Sequence record: NC_070956.1
Length of the DNA: 64,000 nucleotides
Direction: 5' to 3' (one strand)
The translations under genes and the position numbers were made by a program. Positions within the stretch are counted from its first letter, which is position 1. The number at the start of each line of letters is the position of its first letter. Under the pieces are notes generated by a model. The model was given only the letters and a program-made list of their open reading frames with translations. It was not told the origin of the DNA and did not search any database. Of the stretch, positions 9,827-18,558 are shown piece by piece.

Positions 9827-12800
9827 ATGTCTGATGAAAAGTTGGGTATCGCTAAACAGGTAATGTCTCATTTGGGAATAGAGCCCGAGCAACTTCCCGA
9901 GTATATGTTCGACGATAAAACCAAGCGAACCCCATTAACTAATTTGGACGAACGTGTTCTGTCTCATTATGACGAAGAGTCACTGTGGACAATGAAGACG
10001 GTTCGTTTCCTTAAAGACTTCTCTAGGTTTAACGCAGGTGTTCACCTCGAGACCAATAACGCCACGTTCTTGCGTACCGCTGAGCTATTCAGGAACATGG
10101 GTATCAAGAACTATTACTTCCTTCTTCAAATCAACAACCCTTTGTTGAAGGACGTTAACCCGTGGGATCCTGATCTCACAGACGAACAGAAACTGATGGT
10201 TCTTCAAGAAGCCCAGGAGAACGTTTGGTATATCGTTCGTGAGTTGATCAAGATCGACGGTCGTCGTTTCCGTGCTAACCGTGCGGTTATCTCATTTATA
10301 TGGAGCTGCCTCAACCACCTTCCGACACTTATCTTGATGCCTCGTCAGAGTGGTAAGGATCAGGATGGTGAAACGGAAGTTCTCCGTCCAGATGGTAAAT
10401 GGACAAAGATCAAAGATCTTAAAGTCGGTGATGAGGTGTTGGCTCGTGACGGGACAATTGCCAACATAACAGGCTTCTACCCCCAGGGTGAACAAGTCAG
10501 TTATGAGATCGAATTCATAGATGGTCGTAAAACAAAAGCTGGCAGTGAACATCTCTGGACGATGTGGGATCCAAAGAAGAAGGGTTGGGTCGTCAGGGAT
10601 ACCGAGCACATTAAGGAACGTTTGGATAAGAATGAAGAAGGACTTTCCATTCCTCTCCCTCTTGAAGATCGCGTCACCAAGAACAAGGACTACGTTCTTC
10701 ATCCTTATATCCAAGGTGTTTTGTTTACGGCTGGTGATAAGTCTGGGCTAACATTCAAAACTGAAAAGAATGATGTCGTGGCCAGGGTTAAGAAACTCCT
10801 TACTCGTGGTTGGATTGTTACCAGTGATGGTGATCAACACACCATCTCCATGAGGGCTGATTACGACCCTACGGTTCACCGTAATGTCAAACAAGCGATG
10901 CGTGATTTCGGTATCGCGGATGTTTCCCCTAAAGACAGAGCGGTTCCGAAAGAGATCATGGAAGGTTCCCACCATGATCGCAAAATGTTCATTCGTGGCA
11001 TCATGGATGTTGATGGTCATATCGAGCGTGGCGGTAGTGTCTATTACGCTAGTGCTGGTGAGAAACCATCTGAAACTGTACAACGGTTGTTCTGGTCTAT
11101 TGGTGCCATCTGTAAGGTCACCAAACGCGGATACAAGGTTAACGGGGATGAGCCTGGTGAACGTATCACTCGATACTCATATCGTCTCAGAGTGCGTTAC
11201 ACGGAGCCTGGTGAGTTGTTCCTTGTTGATGACCGGAGTTTGCTTGTATCGACGAGGGCTGTGCAATACAACAGCAAACTTTCCTTTAAATCTATCACCA
11301 AGGAAAAGAAGCTTAAACAAAGTTATTGTATCGAACTCGACCATCCTGAAAACTTATACATAACCGACAACTGGATTGTGACACACAACACAGTTGGGAT
11401 GCAGGTAATGGCATTCATCATGCAGTACCTCATCGGTCGTGGATTCAAAGCAGGTCTAATCACCCTGGCTGCATCAAACCGTATGCAGTTTGTTAACGCC
11501 ATGAAGAAGATCCGTGCTGGTCTTCCTGAGTACTTGGTGAACGTCACCTATAAGGATAATGACGCCGGTAACATTTTGACCTATCAGGCGTACGGTGCTG
11601 AGAATAAGAATACATTCGAAGTCCGTGTACCTTCTGGTGGTGAAGATGGTGCTGAGAACGTGTCTCGTGGTAGTACGTTTGAAATGCTGCTCTATGACGA
11701 GCCGGCGTGGATGAAGTACATCGAAAATATCATGAACGGTGCCGGTCCTTCTACGTTGACCGCTCAAAAGAACGCTAGAGAAAAGGGTATCCCTTACTTC
11801 ACTGCCAAGGCTACAACGCCAAACAGTATCCTGAAGGAAGAAGGGAAGTACATGTATGGTGAAATGAAGAAAGCGACAGAGTGGCGTGAAAACTTCTTTG
11901 ACAGCTATTCTGAATCTCACTTGCTGCAACGTGTCACCAAGGCTTCACCCGTCAGTACGACTCAACCACATATCTGTATGCAGTTTAACCACCTTCAACT
12001 TGGTTTTGGTAAAGACTGGGTTAAGGAGACTATGGATAAGCTTTCGCTTTCCTGGTCTAAGGCAAAGATTGACTTGTTGATGATGTGGACCGAGGAAGGG
12101 AAGAACAAGGTATTCGATGATAAAGTTCGGGAGCAACTCGCAAACGTTAAACAGGAGCCTCTGTGGAACGAAGAAATTGCCAACACTGGTCTATTCATAG
12201 ACTGGTATTACAGCAATGAGCGACTCAATGAATTCTTCACCGATCCTACTGAATTCTTCTTGATGGGGATGGATACGTCCGATGCGGTAGACCGAGATGC
12301 GTGTACGTTGATTATACGGCGAATGAAGACTGGTGAGAACATTGGGATAGGTCGTTATCCCCGTGCGTTCCTGGACGACGTGACGACGGTTCTGAGGGAG
12401 ATGATAGTGCGGATTGAAAACAGTCTGTTGATTATCGAACGTAACCGTGCGGTTGACATGATCGATAAGTTGCTTCTTACTCTTCCAGCTCTCGACATTG
12501 ATCCTTTCAAACGTATCTTCAATGATGTCTATCAAGATCCCGTGAAGTTCCGTAACGAATGGAAAGATGTTCAGGAAGTTCATTTCAAGTATCGCACTAA
12601 AGAGTTCTACCTGAAATACAAAGAACGTTTTGGTTTCAGAACAGGACCCTCAACTCGACGCCAAATGTACGACTTCCTCCACGAAGCGGTTAACTCAACT
12701 GGTGCAGGATTACGTCACCCAATGCTTGCCGATGAACTCATCGGTCTTGAAACAGATAATGATGGTCGTATCGACCATAGTAGGAAAGGTAATGATGACT

Positions 12801-13168
12801 TGGTCATCGCCTGGCTACTGACATTCTGGTTCATTAAGTTGGGGTACAACAAATCTCTTTATGGAATACCTGCTGGTCAAACACTCATACAGTTGACGAC
12901 CTTGGTTAATGATCCTGACAAGGAAGGGTTCACCAAAGATCAACTTGAGTTGTTTATTAGAATCAAGGATCGAATTGAAGAACTCAGTAAAGAACTTGAG
13001 GATACTGATAACGATATCATAGCCAGACGGATAGAACTTGAGATTCGTAAGTTGGGTGAATATATCCCACGAGAACTCAGGAAAACCATCACGATTGATG
13101 AAATTCTTTCTAACGCTAGTAAAGAACGAAACAAACGTGGTCTGGATAAACGATTCGGACGAGTATAA
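9827..13168 (+). CDS. terL: terminase large subunit (phiKZ gp25-like) with an in-frame intein; ~769 aa after splicing
   Basis: Walker A LILMPRQSGK^T split by the intein, Walker B LLYDE, RNase H-like nuclease motifs MGMDTSDAVDRD and GNDDLVIA; synteny with gp26-30. Confidence 0.88.
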   Translation: MSDEKLGIAKQVMSHLGIEPEQLPEYMFDDKTKRTPLTNLDERVLSHYDEESLWTMKTVRFLKDFSRFNAGVHLETNNATFLRTAELFRNMGIKNYYFLLQINNPLLKDVNPWDPDLTDEQKLMVLQEAQENVWYIVRELIKIDGRRFRANRAVISFIWSCLNHLPTLILMPRQSGKDQDGETEVLRPDGKWTKIKDLKVGDEVLARDGTIANITGFYPQGEQVSYEIEFIDGRKTKAGSEHLWTMWDPKKKGWVVRDTEHIKERLDKNEEGLSIPLPLEDRVTKNKDYVLHPYIQGVLFTAGDKSGLTFKTEKNDVVARVKKLLTRGWIVTSDGDQHTISMRADYDPTVHRNVKQAMRDFGIADVSPKDRAVPKEIMEGSHHDRKMFIRGIMDVDGHIERGGSVYYASAGEKPSETVQRLFWSIGAICKVTKRGYKVNGDEPGERITRYSYRLRVRYTEPGELFLVDDRSLLVSTRAVQYNSKLSFKSITKEKKLKQSYCIELDHPENLYITDNWIVTHNTVGMQVMAFIMQYLIGRGFKAGLITLAASNRMQFVNAMKKIRAGLPEYLVNVTYKDNDAGNILTYQAYGAENKNTFEVRVPSGGEDGAENVSRGSTFEMLLYDEPAWMKYIENIMNGAGPSTLTAQKNAREKGIPYFTAKATTPNSILKEEGKYMYGEMKKATEWRENFFDSYSESHLLQRVTKASPVSTTQPHICMQFNHLQLGFGKDWVKETMDKLSLSWSKAKIDLLMMWTEEGKNKVFDDKVREQLANVKQEPLWNEEIANTGLFIDWYYSNERLNEFFTDPTEFFLMGMDTSDAVDRDACTLIIRRMKTGENIGIGRYPRAFLDDVTTVLREMIVRIENSLLIIERNRAVDMIDKLLLTLPALDIDPFKRIFNDVYQDPVKFRNEWKDVQEVHFKYRTKEFYLKYKERFGFRTGPSTRRQMYDFLHEAVNSTGAGLRHPMLADELIGLETDNDGRIDHSRKGNDDLVIAWLLTFWFIKLGYNKSLYGIPAGQTLIQLTTLVNDPDKEGFTKDQLELFIRIKDRIEELSKELEDTDNDIIARRIELEIRKLGEYIPRELRKTITIDEILSNASKERNKRGLDKRFGRV
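10358..11389 (+). mobile_element. 344-aa intein with LAGLIDADG/DOD homing endonuclease domain; class-3 signature; N-terminal Asp
   Basis: Block A DQDGETEVLRPDG, block B AGSEHLW, block E FIRGIMDVDG, block F SYCIEL, block G IVTHN followed by +1 Thr; removing it restores RQSGKT. Confidence 0.92.
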
Positions 13169-13170
13169 AC

Positions 13171-13212
13171 ATAAGACCCCTACCCCATCCTTTCGGAGGG
13201 GTAGGGGTTTAT
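13171..13212. terminator. intrinsic terminator after terminase
   Basis: ACCCCTACCCC...GGGGTAGGGGT stem with a UUCG-type loop, then T-rich sequence. Confidence 0.75.
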
Positions 13213-13232
13213 GCACTTCATTTTATTTCAAA

Positions 13233-13253
13233 CCGATATTACTTAGTTGATAA
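13233..13253 (+). promoter_or_regulatory. putative early phage-RNAP promoter
   Basis: CCGATATTACTTAGTTGATAA matches the recurrent GATATTA(T/C)-N5-(GT)GTAA motif. Confidence 0.5.
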
Positions 13254-13318
13254 GCCAAGTCGGTTTATCGCCAGTTGTAACAGCAACTGGCATCACTCTT
13301 CAACTTTAGGAGTACTAC

Positions 13319-13462
13319 ATGTACACTACGATCAAACTTAAACCTCAAAACGGCGGCCAGAAATCCGCTGAAGAGAGGCGTAACGAGATGAGGCAATACG
13401 CTCAATCTCAATTTCCAGGAATGGTTGTAACCAAAGCGTACACACCCAGTCCTTCTGCATAA
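13319..13462 (+). CDS. 47-aa peptide MYTTIKLKPQNGGQKSAEERRNEMRQYAQSQFPGMVVTKAYTPSPSA (below the ORF-track cutoff)
   Basis: SD TTAGGAG 7 nt upstream; own promoter motif; terminators on both sides. Confidence 0.6.
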   Translation: MYTTIKLKPQNGGQKSAEERRNEMRQYAQSQFPGMVVTKAYTPSPSA

Positions 13463-13483
13463 TATAACTATTATGCGTAAATA

Positions 13484-13512
13484 AATACCCACCTCCAATG
13501 GAGGTGGGTATT
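13484..13512. terminator. bidirectional terminator
   Basis: AATACCCACCTCC-AAT-GGAGGTGGGTATT between convergent genes. Confidence 0.8.
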
Positions 13513-13531
13513 ACAACCAGATCTATTTTTT

Positions 13532-14224
13532 TTATGCAAAATACATTGCGGCTTTTGCTTGTTTCTGCATGTCGGTCATTTTGTTCCGTTTCTTGGTGAT
13601 TGCGCATTTGGAACTCTTCTGGAGTTTCAGAATAGTTTCAACGTTGTGCTGATCTTCGGAAAGGATATGGACGACCGTGTCGGATGTTTCTTCGAGATAC
13701 TTGAGTGCTTTCTTGTACTTGGTGCGATAGCTCTCGAATACGGCTTTATCCAGGAACATGCGGTCCTTGGCATCAACTGGTCGACCACTGGCTTCTACAT
13801 CGTTGAAACGTTTCACGAACGTCTCGTGAGTGATATCAACGAAGAAGATAATGTCGGGGTTGATGTTGTACCCGTAGGTTTGCAGCAGGCGACGGTTGTA
13901 TTCCAGTACTTCTACCATGCTCACAACGTCATCGGATTGATACACCATGGAAGACACCACGTTGCGATCAGAGATGACATCACGGCTATGGGAAAGGTAC
14001 GGATGGATGACCTGCTTAAAAGCTTCAACACGAGCTACTGCGTAACCCTGGATCTCTTCATCCTTGGTCAGCGTGTTGGATACCAGCTTTTCTTTCAGTG
14101 CTTTGAAGGACGGAGAACCGGTAAAGGGTTCCATCACTTGTTTGGCTTTGGTGTGCTTGGCGTGCGCATTTGCCAGTGTGGATTTACCTGCGAAATCCAG
14201 ACCTTCATAGACTATGTAACTCAC
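13532..14224 (-). CDS. tmk: thymidylate (dTMP) kinase
   Basis: N-terminal YIVYEGLDFAGKST P-loop, EPFTG, VISDRNVVSSMVYQ, PDIIFFVD motifs. Confidence 0.92.
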   Translation of the reverse strand: MSYIVYEGLDFAGKSTLANAHAKHTKAKQVMEPFTGSPSFKALKEKLVSNTLTKDEEIQGYAVARVEAFKQVIHPYLSHSRDVISDRNVVSSMVYQSDDVVSMVEVLEYNRRLLQTYGYNINPDIIFFVDITHETFVKRFNDVEASGRPVDAKDRMFLDKAVFESYRTKYKKALKYLEETSDTVVHILSEDQHNVETILKLQKSSKCAITKKRNKMTDMQKQAKAAMYFA

Positions 14225-15717
14225 TTGTAATACTCCAGGGTTAAAGTTCGAATAACGATGTACAGCATCAGTGCTGTGCGGAGACTAGAGACTGTGTATT
14301 GAGTACGAATACCAGTCATGGCACGGATGATTTCATCACCATTACGGCGAAGTTTGTGTAACAGGGCATTGGAAGACTTGTTGGATGTATAAGCACCACG
14401 CAGCTTATAAACCACGTTCTTCAAATCGGTGTGACGGATTGAGTTGGAAGAGAGATATTCAAAAAGATGTATGACGCAGTCGTCAACAAATTCTCGATAG
14501 TCTTCACCCTTCTTGTGATTGTACTGTGCGGGGAAATCACGAATGACCATCGTGAGTTTATCCTCGAACTGGGTACTGGTTCTCGAATCATCAACGGCAC
14601 GCGCCGCGTAACCAACCAGTTCTTGCTTGTAGAAACTGGTTCCGTCGTTAACAACACCATTGATGTAGTTACGATACTTGTTTACGTGCTTTTGCACATC
14701 TTTGATATTGACTTCACCGTCCATCATGGCGAGTCCATTATCAGTCGCTACCAGGTCAACGTTATCTTTGATTTCATAGAGGACTTTGGTGTAATCGTTG
14801 ATAACACCTTTGAGCCGTGACTCCATGTCATTCACCATGTAAACAATGCGTTTGTCATCGTTCAACTTAGTGAATGTATCAAAGTGAATACCTGTCTTGG
14901 GATTGATAACGAATTCCCCACGAGCTTTGAAGAGTTCGTTCCAACTACCGAACCGCTTGATATCAAACTTCATGGAAAGTTTGTTGTATGCGGTTTGGGC
15001 AACACTGGGTTTAACCAGGTAACTGAAGTAGTGGTTCATGATGGAAGTCATGATCCGATAATGGAACAACATAACCAGGTTGATCAGTGCTTCGTCCTTC
15101 ATATTCTTGGGAAGGTTAGAAACCCAGACCTTGTGCATCAAGTAAACGATGGAGAGGTTAAAAGCATCGGATGATACTTTAAAGTCTTTGTTTACCCAGC
15201 GAGTCCTGATCAGTTCATCACGAAGTCTGACTTCGTCAACATCAATGATGTCAGAGAAGAAGTTGTTACGATCCGCTGTTTTGAAGACGATTCGGTGTGT
15301 CCCCAAATAAGGTGTTCCGAAGAACTCGGTGTGATCATTATCTTTGGTGGCGAAACCATAAACAAAGCGACGGAGTTTACTCACCCAACGCTGATCGATT
15401 ACCAGATCTTCCACGAGACCGTCAAAGATGTCTTTGACTGCATTATCTCGGTCATAGACAAAGTTAGGCGAAAGCGCTTCGAACCCTGCCATGTATTCGA
15501 TATTGTCGAGGTACGACTCCATACCACCGTACTGGGTGAGTCTGACTTCTGGGCCAAACAAGGTCTCAGGTTCAAACTCTTCCATTCCTGTCAGGATTTG
15601 TTCATCCTGACGCATGGCGCGCATCATCTGTTCGTAGTCACTCAGTTCCGTACCATCGGCATGCTGAGGACCTATCAGACGGAACTTAACTGCCCCGCCA
15701 GTGATACCATTGTACAT
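14221..15717 (-). CDS. conserved jumbo-phage protein, probable virion protein (498 aa)
   Basis: Long ORF with SD, overlaps the tmk start; position after terminase resembles the SPN3US-type layout (from memory). Confidence 0.5.
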   Translation of the reverse strand: MYNGITGGAVKFRLIGPQHADGTELSDYEQMMRAMRQDEQILTGMEEFEPETLFGPEVRLTQYGGMESYLDNIEYMAGFEALSPNFVYDRDNAVKDIFDGLVEDLVIDQRWVSKLRRFVYGFATKDNDHTEFFGTPYLGTHRIVFKTADRNNFFSDIIDVDEVRLRDELIRTRWVNKDFKVSSDAFNLSIVYLMHKVWVSNLPKNMKDEALINLVMLFHYRIMTSIMNHYFSYLVKPSVAQTAYNKLSMKFDIKRFGSWNELFKARGEFVINPKTGIHFDTFTKLNDDKRIVYMVNDMESRLKGVINDYTKVLYEIKDNVDLVATDNGLAMMDGEVNIKDVQKHVNKYRNYINGVVNDGTSFYKQELVGYAARAVDDSRTSTQFEDKLTMVIRDFPAQYNHKKGEDYREFVDDCVIHLFEYLSSNSIRHTDLKNVVYKLRGAYTSNKSSNALLHKLRRNGDEIIRAMTGIRTQYTVSSLRTALMLYIVIRTLTLEYYK

Positions 15718-15734
15718 ATTCCTACCTACTTTTA

Positions 15735-16583
15735 TTAGCGCTTACGAGGAACAAGCATACGGATCTGATCAGCCACCCCTTTGGGGTCTGCATAAGCCAG
15801 ATACTTCTTGATCTCATCCTCGAAGAACATACGGAATTCATTATGGGCGTCTGCGTAACCCTGGATGTCATCCTGGAGTTCGTTAACGCTCACACCAAAC
15901 TTGGCTACAGCCTCTTGCATCCCTCGCCGACAGTTGCGGTAGATGTACGCCTTTGTGGCTAGTACACACAGGTACGCAAACTGATCGTACATTTTTGGTG
16001 GGATGATCGAGAAGTGTTCGTCATAGCTAAGAATCACTTTAGCCAGCATGTTGAACAATGCCGAACCCGCGTCACGGATAAGGAACGAGTTGTTACCCAC
16101 CATGGTAAATGACGTGAATGTCCGCTGAACGTTGCTATCGTCCAAAGCAGAGATCATACGGTTTACCGCGGAGCCCATTGATCCGCCGCCACCACACTGA
16201 GGACCTGCAACCAGGTTATAACCGTTGCTTATCATGGAATTCAAATTACCAGGATAAACCTCGATCACTGAGAGGATGCGTCGACCACCAGTAAGGAAGT
16301 CAGGAACGTTGACGTGGACTATACCGCCTTCCAGGTTCTGTACTTGTGCAGAACTCAGATCAATGGTGCTAGTTTCACCACCCGCAACGTTAAGAAGTGG
16401 AGCTACCATTTTCAGTATCACTTTTTCCCGGATACCTTGTTCAATAGAGAACTCGGTGTTGATCGGACCCCAGGAATGTCCGTACCCTTTATTAGGGTTG
16501 TCAAAGGCGATTTCCAACAAGTAAGGCGAAATGTCGTTAACGCCGTTTACCACGTTGTCGATCGCAAAATCGACCATATTCAT
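15735..16583 (-). CDS. conserved hypothetical protein, possibly virion-associated (start revised to MNMVDF)
   Basis: SD GAGG upstream of the ATG at 16583; co-oriented with the 498-aa gene. Confidence 0.55.
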   Translation of the reverse strand: MNMVDFAIDNVVNGVNDISPYLLEIAFDNPNKGYGHSWGPINTEFSIEQGIREKVILKMVAPLLNVAGGETSTIDLSSAQVQNLEGGIVHVNVPDFLTGGRRILSVIEVYPGNLNSMISNGYNLVAGPQCGGGGSMGSAVNRMISALDDSNVQRTFTSFTMVGNNSFLIRDAGSALFNMLAKVILSYDEHFSIIPPKMYDQFAYLCVLATKAYIYRNCRRGMQEAVAKFGVSVNELQDDIQGYADAHNEFRMFFEDEIKKYLAYADPKGVADQIRMLVPRKR

Positions 16584-16686
16584 GTTAAACCCTCTTGTCA
16601 TTAGCTGAATACAAAAGATCGTTAAACGGCATAAACCCACTACCCCAACTAAGGAGGTAGTGAGTTCATAATATTTGACCTTACGA

Positions 16687-17145
16687 TTACGAGAAGTCTC
16701 GGATTTCTTCCCATGCTTTACCGTACTTATTCAGTACGTAGTTGATGTAGAAAACACCGAAGAGGAAAGTGAGTATGGGGTTCACCTTGACCTCGCCTTC
16801 GCCACCTGCTTTACCCAGGTTCAGTATAGCCCGGCGGGCACTGAATGCAAAGATAATCATGGCGATGCAGTACATCAGGGATACGACCATCCCAAGGACC
16901 ATCATGATCCTGGAGAACTCATCGGCATCGCCGAGACCGGTCATCCAGGTAGAGATCCCATAGAGCGCTGCTGTGGTGTACAGGAACGCGCCTGAGAGCA
17001 CTCGTTCATTACTCTGCTCACTTACGTGAGACTGGAGCTTGTACGCCCACATGAGGTTGTACGCACCCAGGGAGACGACAGAGAGAAAGACCATCAACCA
17101 GGTGCTGATCTTCATACGGGTTTGGATCATAGAAATCATGAACAT
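16687..17145 (-). CDS. membrane protein with about 3-4 hydrophobic segments (DUF4234-like)
   Basis: Hydrophobic helices; C-terminal VNPILTFLFGVFYINYVLNK; SD AAGGA. Confidence 0.6.
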   Translation of the reverse strand: MFMISMIQTRMKISTWLMVFLSVVSLGAYNLMWAYKLQSHVSEQSNERVLSGAFLYTTAALYGISTWMTGLGDADEFSRIMMVLGMVVSLMYCIAMIIFAFSARRAILNLGKAGGEGEVKVNPILTFLFGVFYINYVLNKYGKAWEEIRDFS

Positions 17146-17216
17146 TTCATTTCCTTAAAAGTTAGTAAGTTGCAATATATTAACCTTTGGGTAATTTTTA
17201 ATAGAACATAATAAAA

Positions 17217-17248
17217 GCCTCTACTCTCCGGTTAGGGAGAGTAGAGGC
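17217..17248 (-). terminator. intrinsic terminator closing the minus-strand RNA island
   Basis: GCCTCTACTCTCC-GGTTAG-GGAGAGTAGAGGC; followed by TTTTAT on the minus strand. Confidence 0.8.
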
Positions 17249-17249
17249 G

Positions 17250-18110
17250 ATTACTGACGTGTACTACCTTCCCATTACTCACTCACTTCCCGATTATAGA
17301 TCCGGCCAAAGACCTTATCGGGATCAAGAGAGTAATAGGCTGATAGCAAGTACGTGAGGGGTTCCAAACGGAAACCGTCACTTCTACCAACTTCCATGCA
17401 GAGCAAGCATGGCGGACCGTTCGACTTCGTTATTAAGGTGCTCTCTGAAGTATAGTTCCCTCAGCTACCCGCCGCGGCCTCAGCCGGGGGTTTTTGCTAA
17501 GGGCATCAGCCTTATATAACGTCGTCACTGTATTGGCACTAACGAATAGAACCATCGGCGCACGGTTAAGGTACCTAAGTGACTCGCGTCCGTTGGGACG
17601 GGAGATATGACTTCCTTATAAAGGAAGAAAGGGTTTTGAACCCAGGATGCCCTGATCCATTGTAATAGACCATCGCTTCACTCCTTTCATTAGAACCTTG
17701 CATGCCTTTCCGGCCAAAATGGTTCATCAGAGTTACTGTATATGGGAACTGTTCCGTGGGTTCAAAAAGGTATCCCGGACAATGACTAAGTAACCACACT
17801 CCACCCCATCAGCGCAAGCTAATGTAAGGTACGTCATCATCCAGGGAATAGGGCCGAGAACACGCTGTCTTTTAGAAGGATCGCTTTTGAGTGGTAAGTT
17901 CACTCATCTACTGCCAACCGACTTCCCCGTAGGGCTTCGTCTTAACTAACGTGTCTCGGTGATTCGTACTAGTATCTATCTGGTATGTTTGACACCTTGG
18001 GTATCATGGCAAACAGCCTAGGATTAACCTATGTACAAATATAGTTGAGAGTGTAAGTAAGAAACACGGTAACAGGAGGCGGAGAAACCGTATGAATACA
18101 CTTACACCCT
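17250..18110 (-). ncRNA. candidate large structured ncRNA (~860 nt)
   Basis: No credible ORF; many local and long-range stems; lies between the tRNA-like element and a terminator. Strand inferred from context. Confidence 0.5.
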
Positions 18111-18115
18111 CAAAG

Positions 18116-18193
18116 GGTGAGAACTCCTGGAATCGAACCAGGGCAATCCCGCGATGGGTTGTGCGGGCGACTTTCCTTTCGTCTTCAGTTCTC
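18116..18193 (-). tRNA. tRNA-like RNA with a non-canonical 10-nt anticodon loop and no encoded CCA
   Basis: Minus strand GAGAACT/AGTTCTC acceptor stem, GAC-GAAAGGAAA-GTC D-arm, CCCGC-ACAACCCATC-GCGGG arm, CCTGG-TTCGATT-CCAGG T-arm, 3' A-CC-C. Confidence 0.65.
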
Positions 18194-18195
18194 GT

Positions 18196-18459
18196 TTACA
18201 GTTCGATGTCGAAAGACATCACTTCTTGTTCTTCGGTCAACTTGGTGTTAAGATCGTCAAAGCCACCAACGTGTTCATCATCCAGGAAGATCTGGGGAAC
18301 TGTTGTGACTTGTCGACCACACAATTGACTGAGTTGTGTTGTGTCGATTCCGGAAGACTTGATATCGATATATTCGAACGCGATACCTTTATCTTCGAGA
18401 AGCTCTTTTGCCTTTACACAGTAAGGGCAATTATCCTTTCCATAAACTTTGGCTTTCAT
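18196..18459 (-). CDS. grx: glutaredoxin
   Basis: CPYC active site, TVPQIF cis-Pro motif, GGFDDL. Confidence 0.93.
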   Translation of the reverse strand: MKAKVYGKDNCPYCVKAKELLEDKGIAFEYIDIKSSGIDTTQLSQLCGRQVTTVPQIFLDDEHVGGFDDLNTKLTEEQEVMSFDIEL

Positions 18460-18482
18460 GGTGTTTCTCTACGGACTTAAAA

Positions 18483-18558
18483 TGGCAGGCAAGCAAGGAT
18501 TCGAACCTTGGACATCTGGTTTTGGAGACCAGCGCTCTACCAACTGAGCTACTCACCT
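18483..18558 (-). tRNA. trnW: tRNA-Trp (CCA)
   Basis: Cloverleaf; anticodon arm CTGGT-CTCCAAA-ACCAG; GGTTCGAATCC T-arm; encoded CCA. Confidence 0.95.

Noticed and set aside
17250-18110. tmRNA identity for the large structured block
   Set aside because: No tmRNA 5'/3' tRNA-Ala-like ends and no ANDxxYALAA-type tag frame found
17480-18180. RNase P RNA resemblance (GGAAAGTC near 18165 and AAAAACCCCCGGCTGA near 17490 on the minus strand)
   Set aside because: The GGAAAGTC lies within the D-arm of the tRNA-like element, and the ~690-nt spacing and lack of other conserved regions do not fit; left to cmscan
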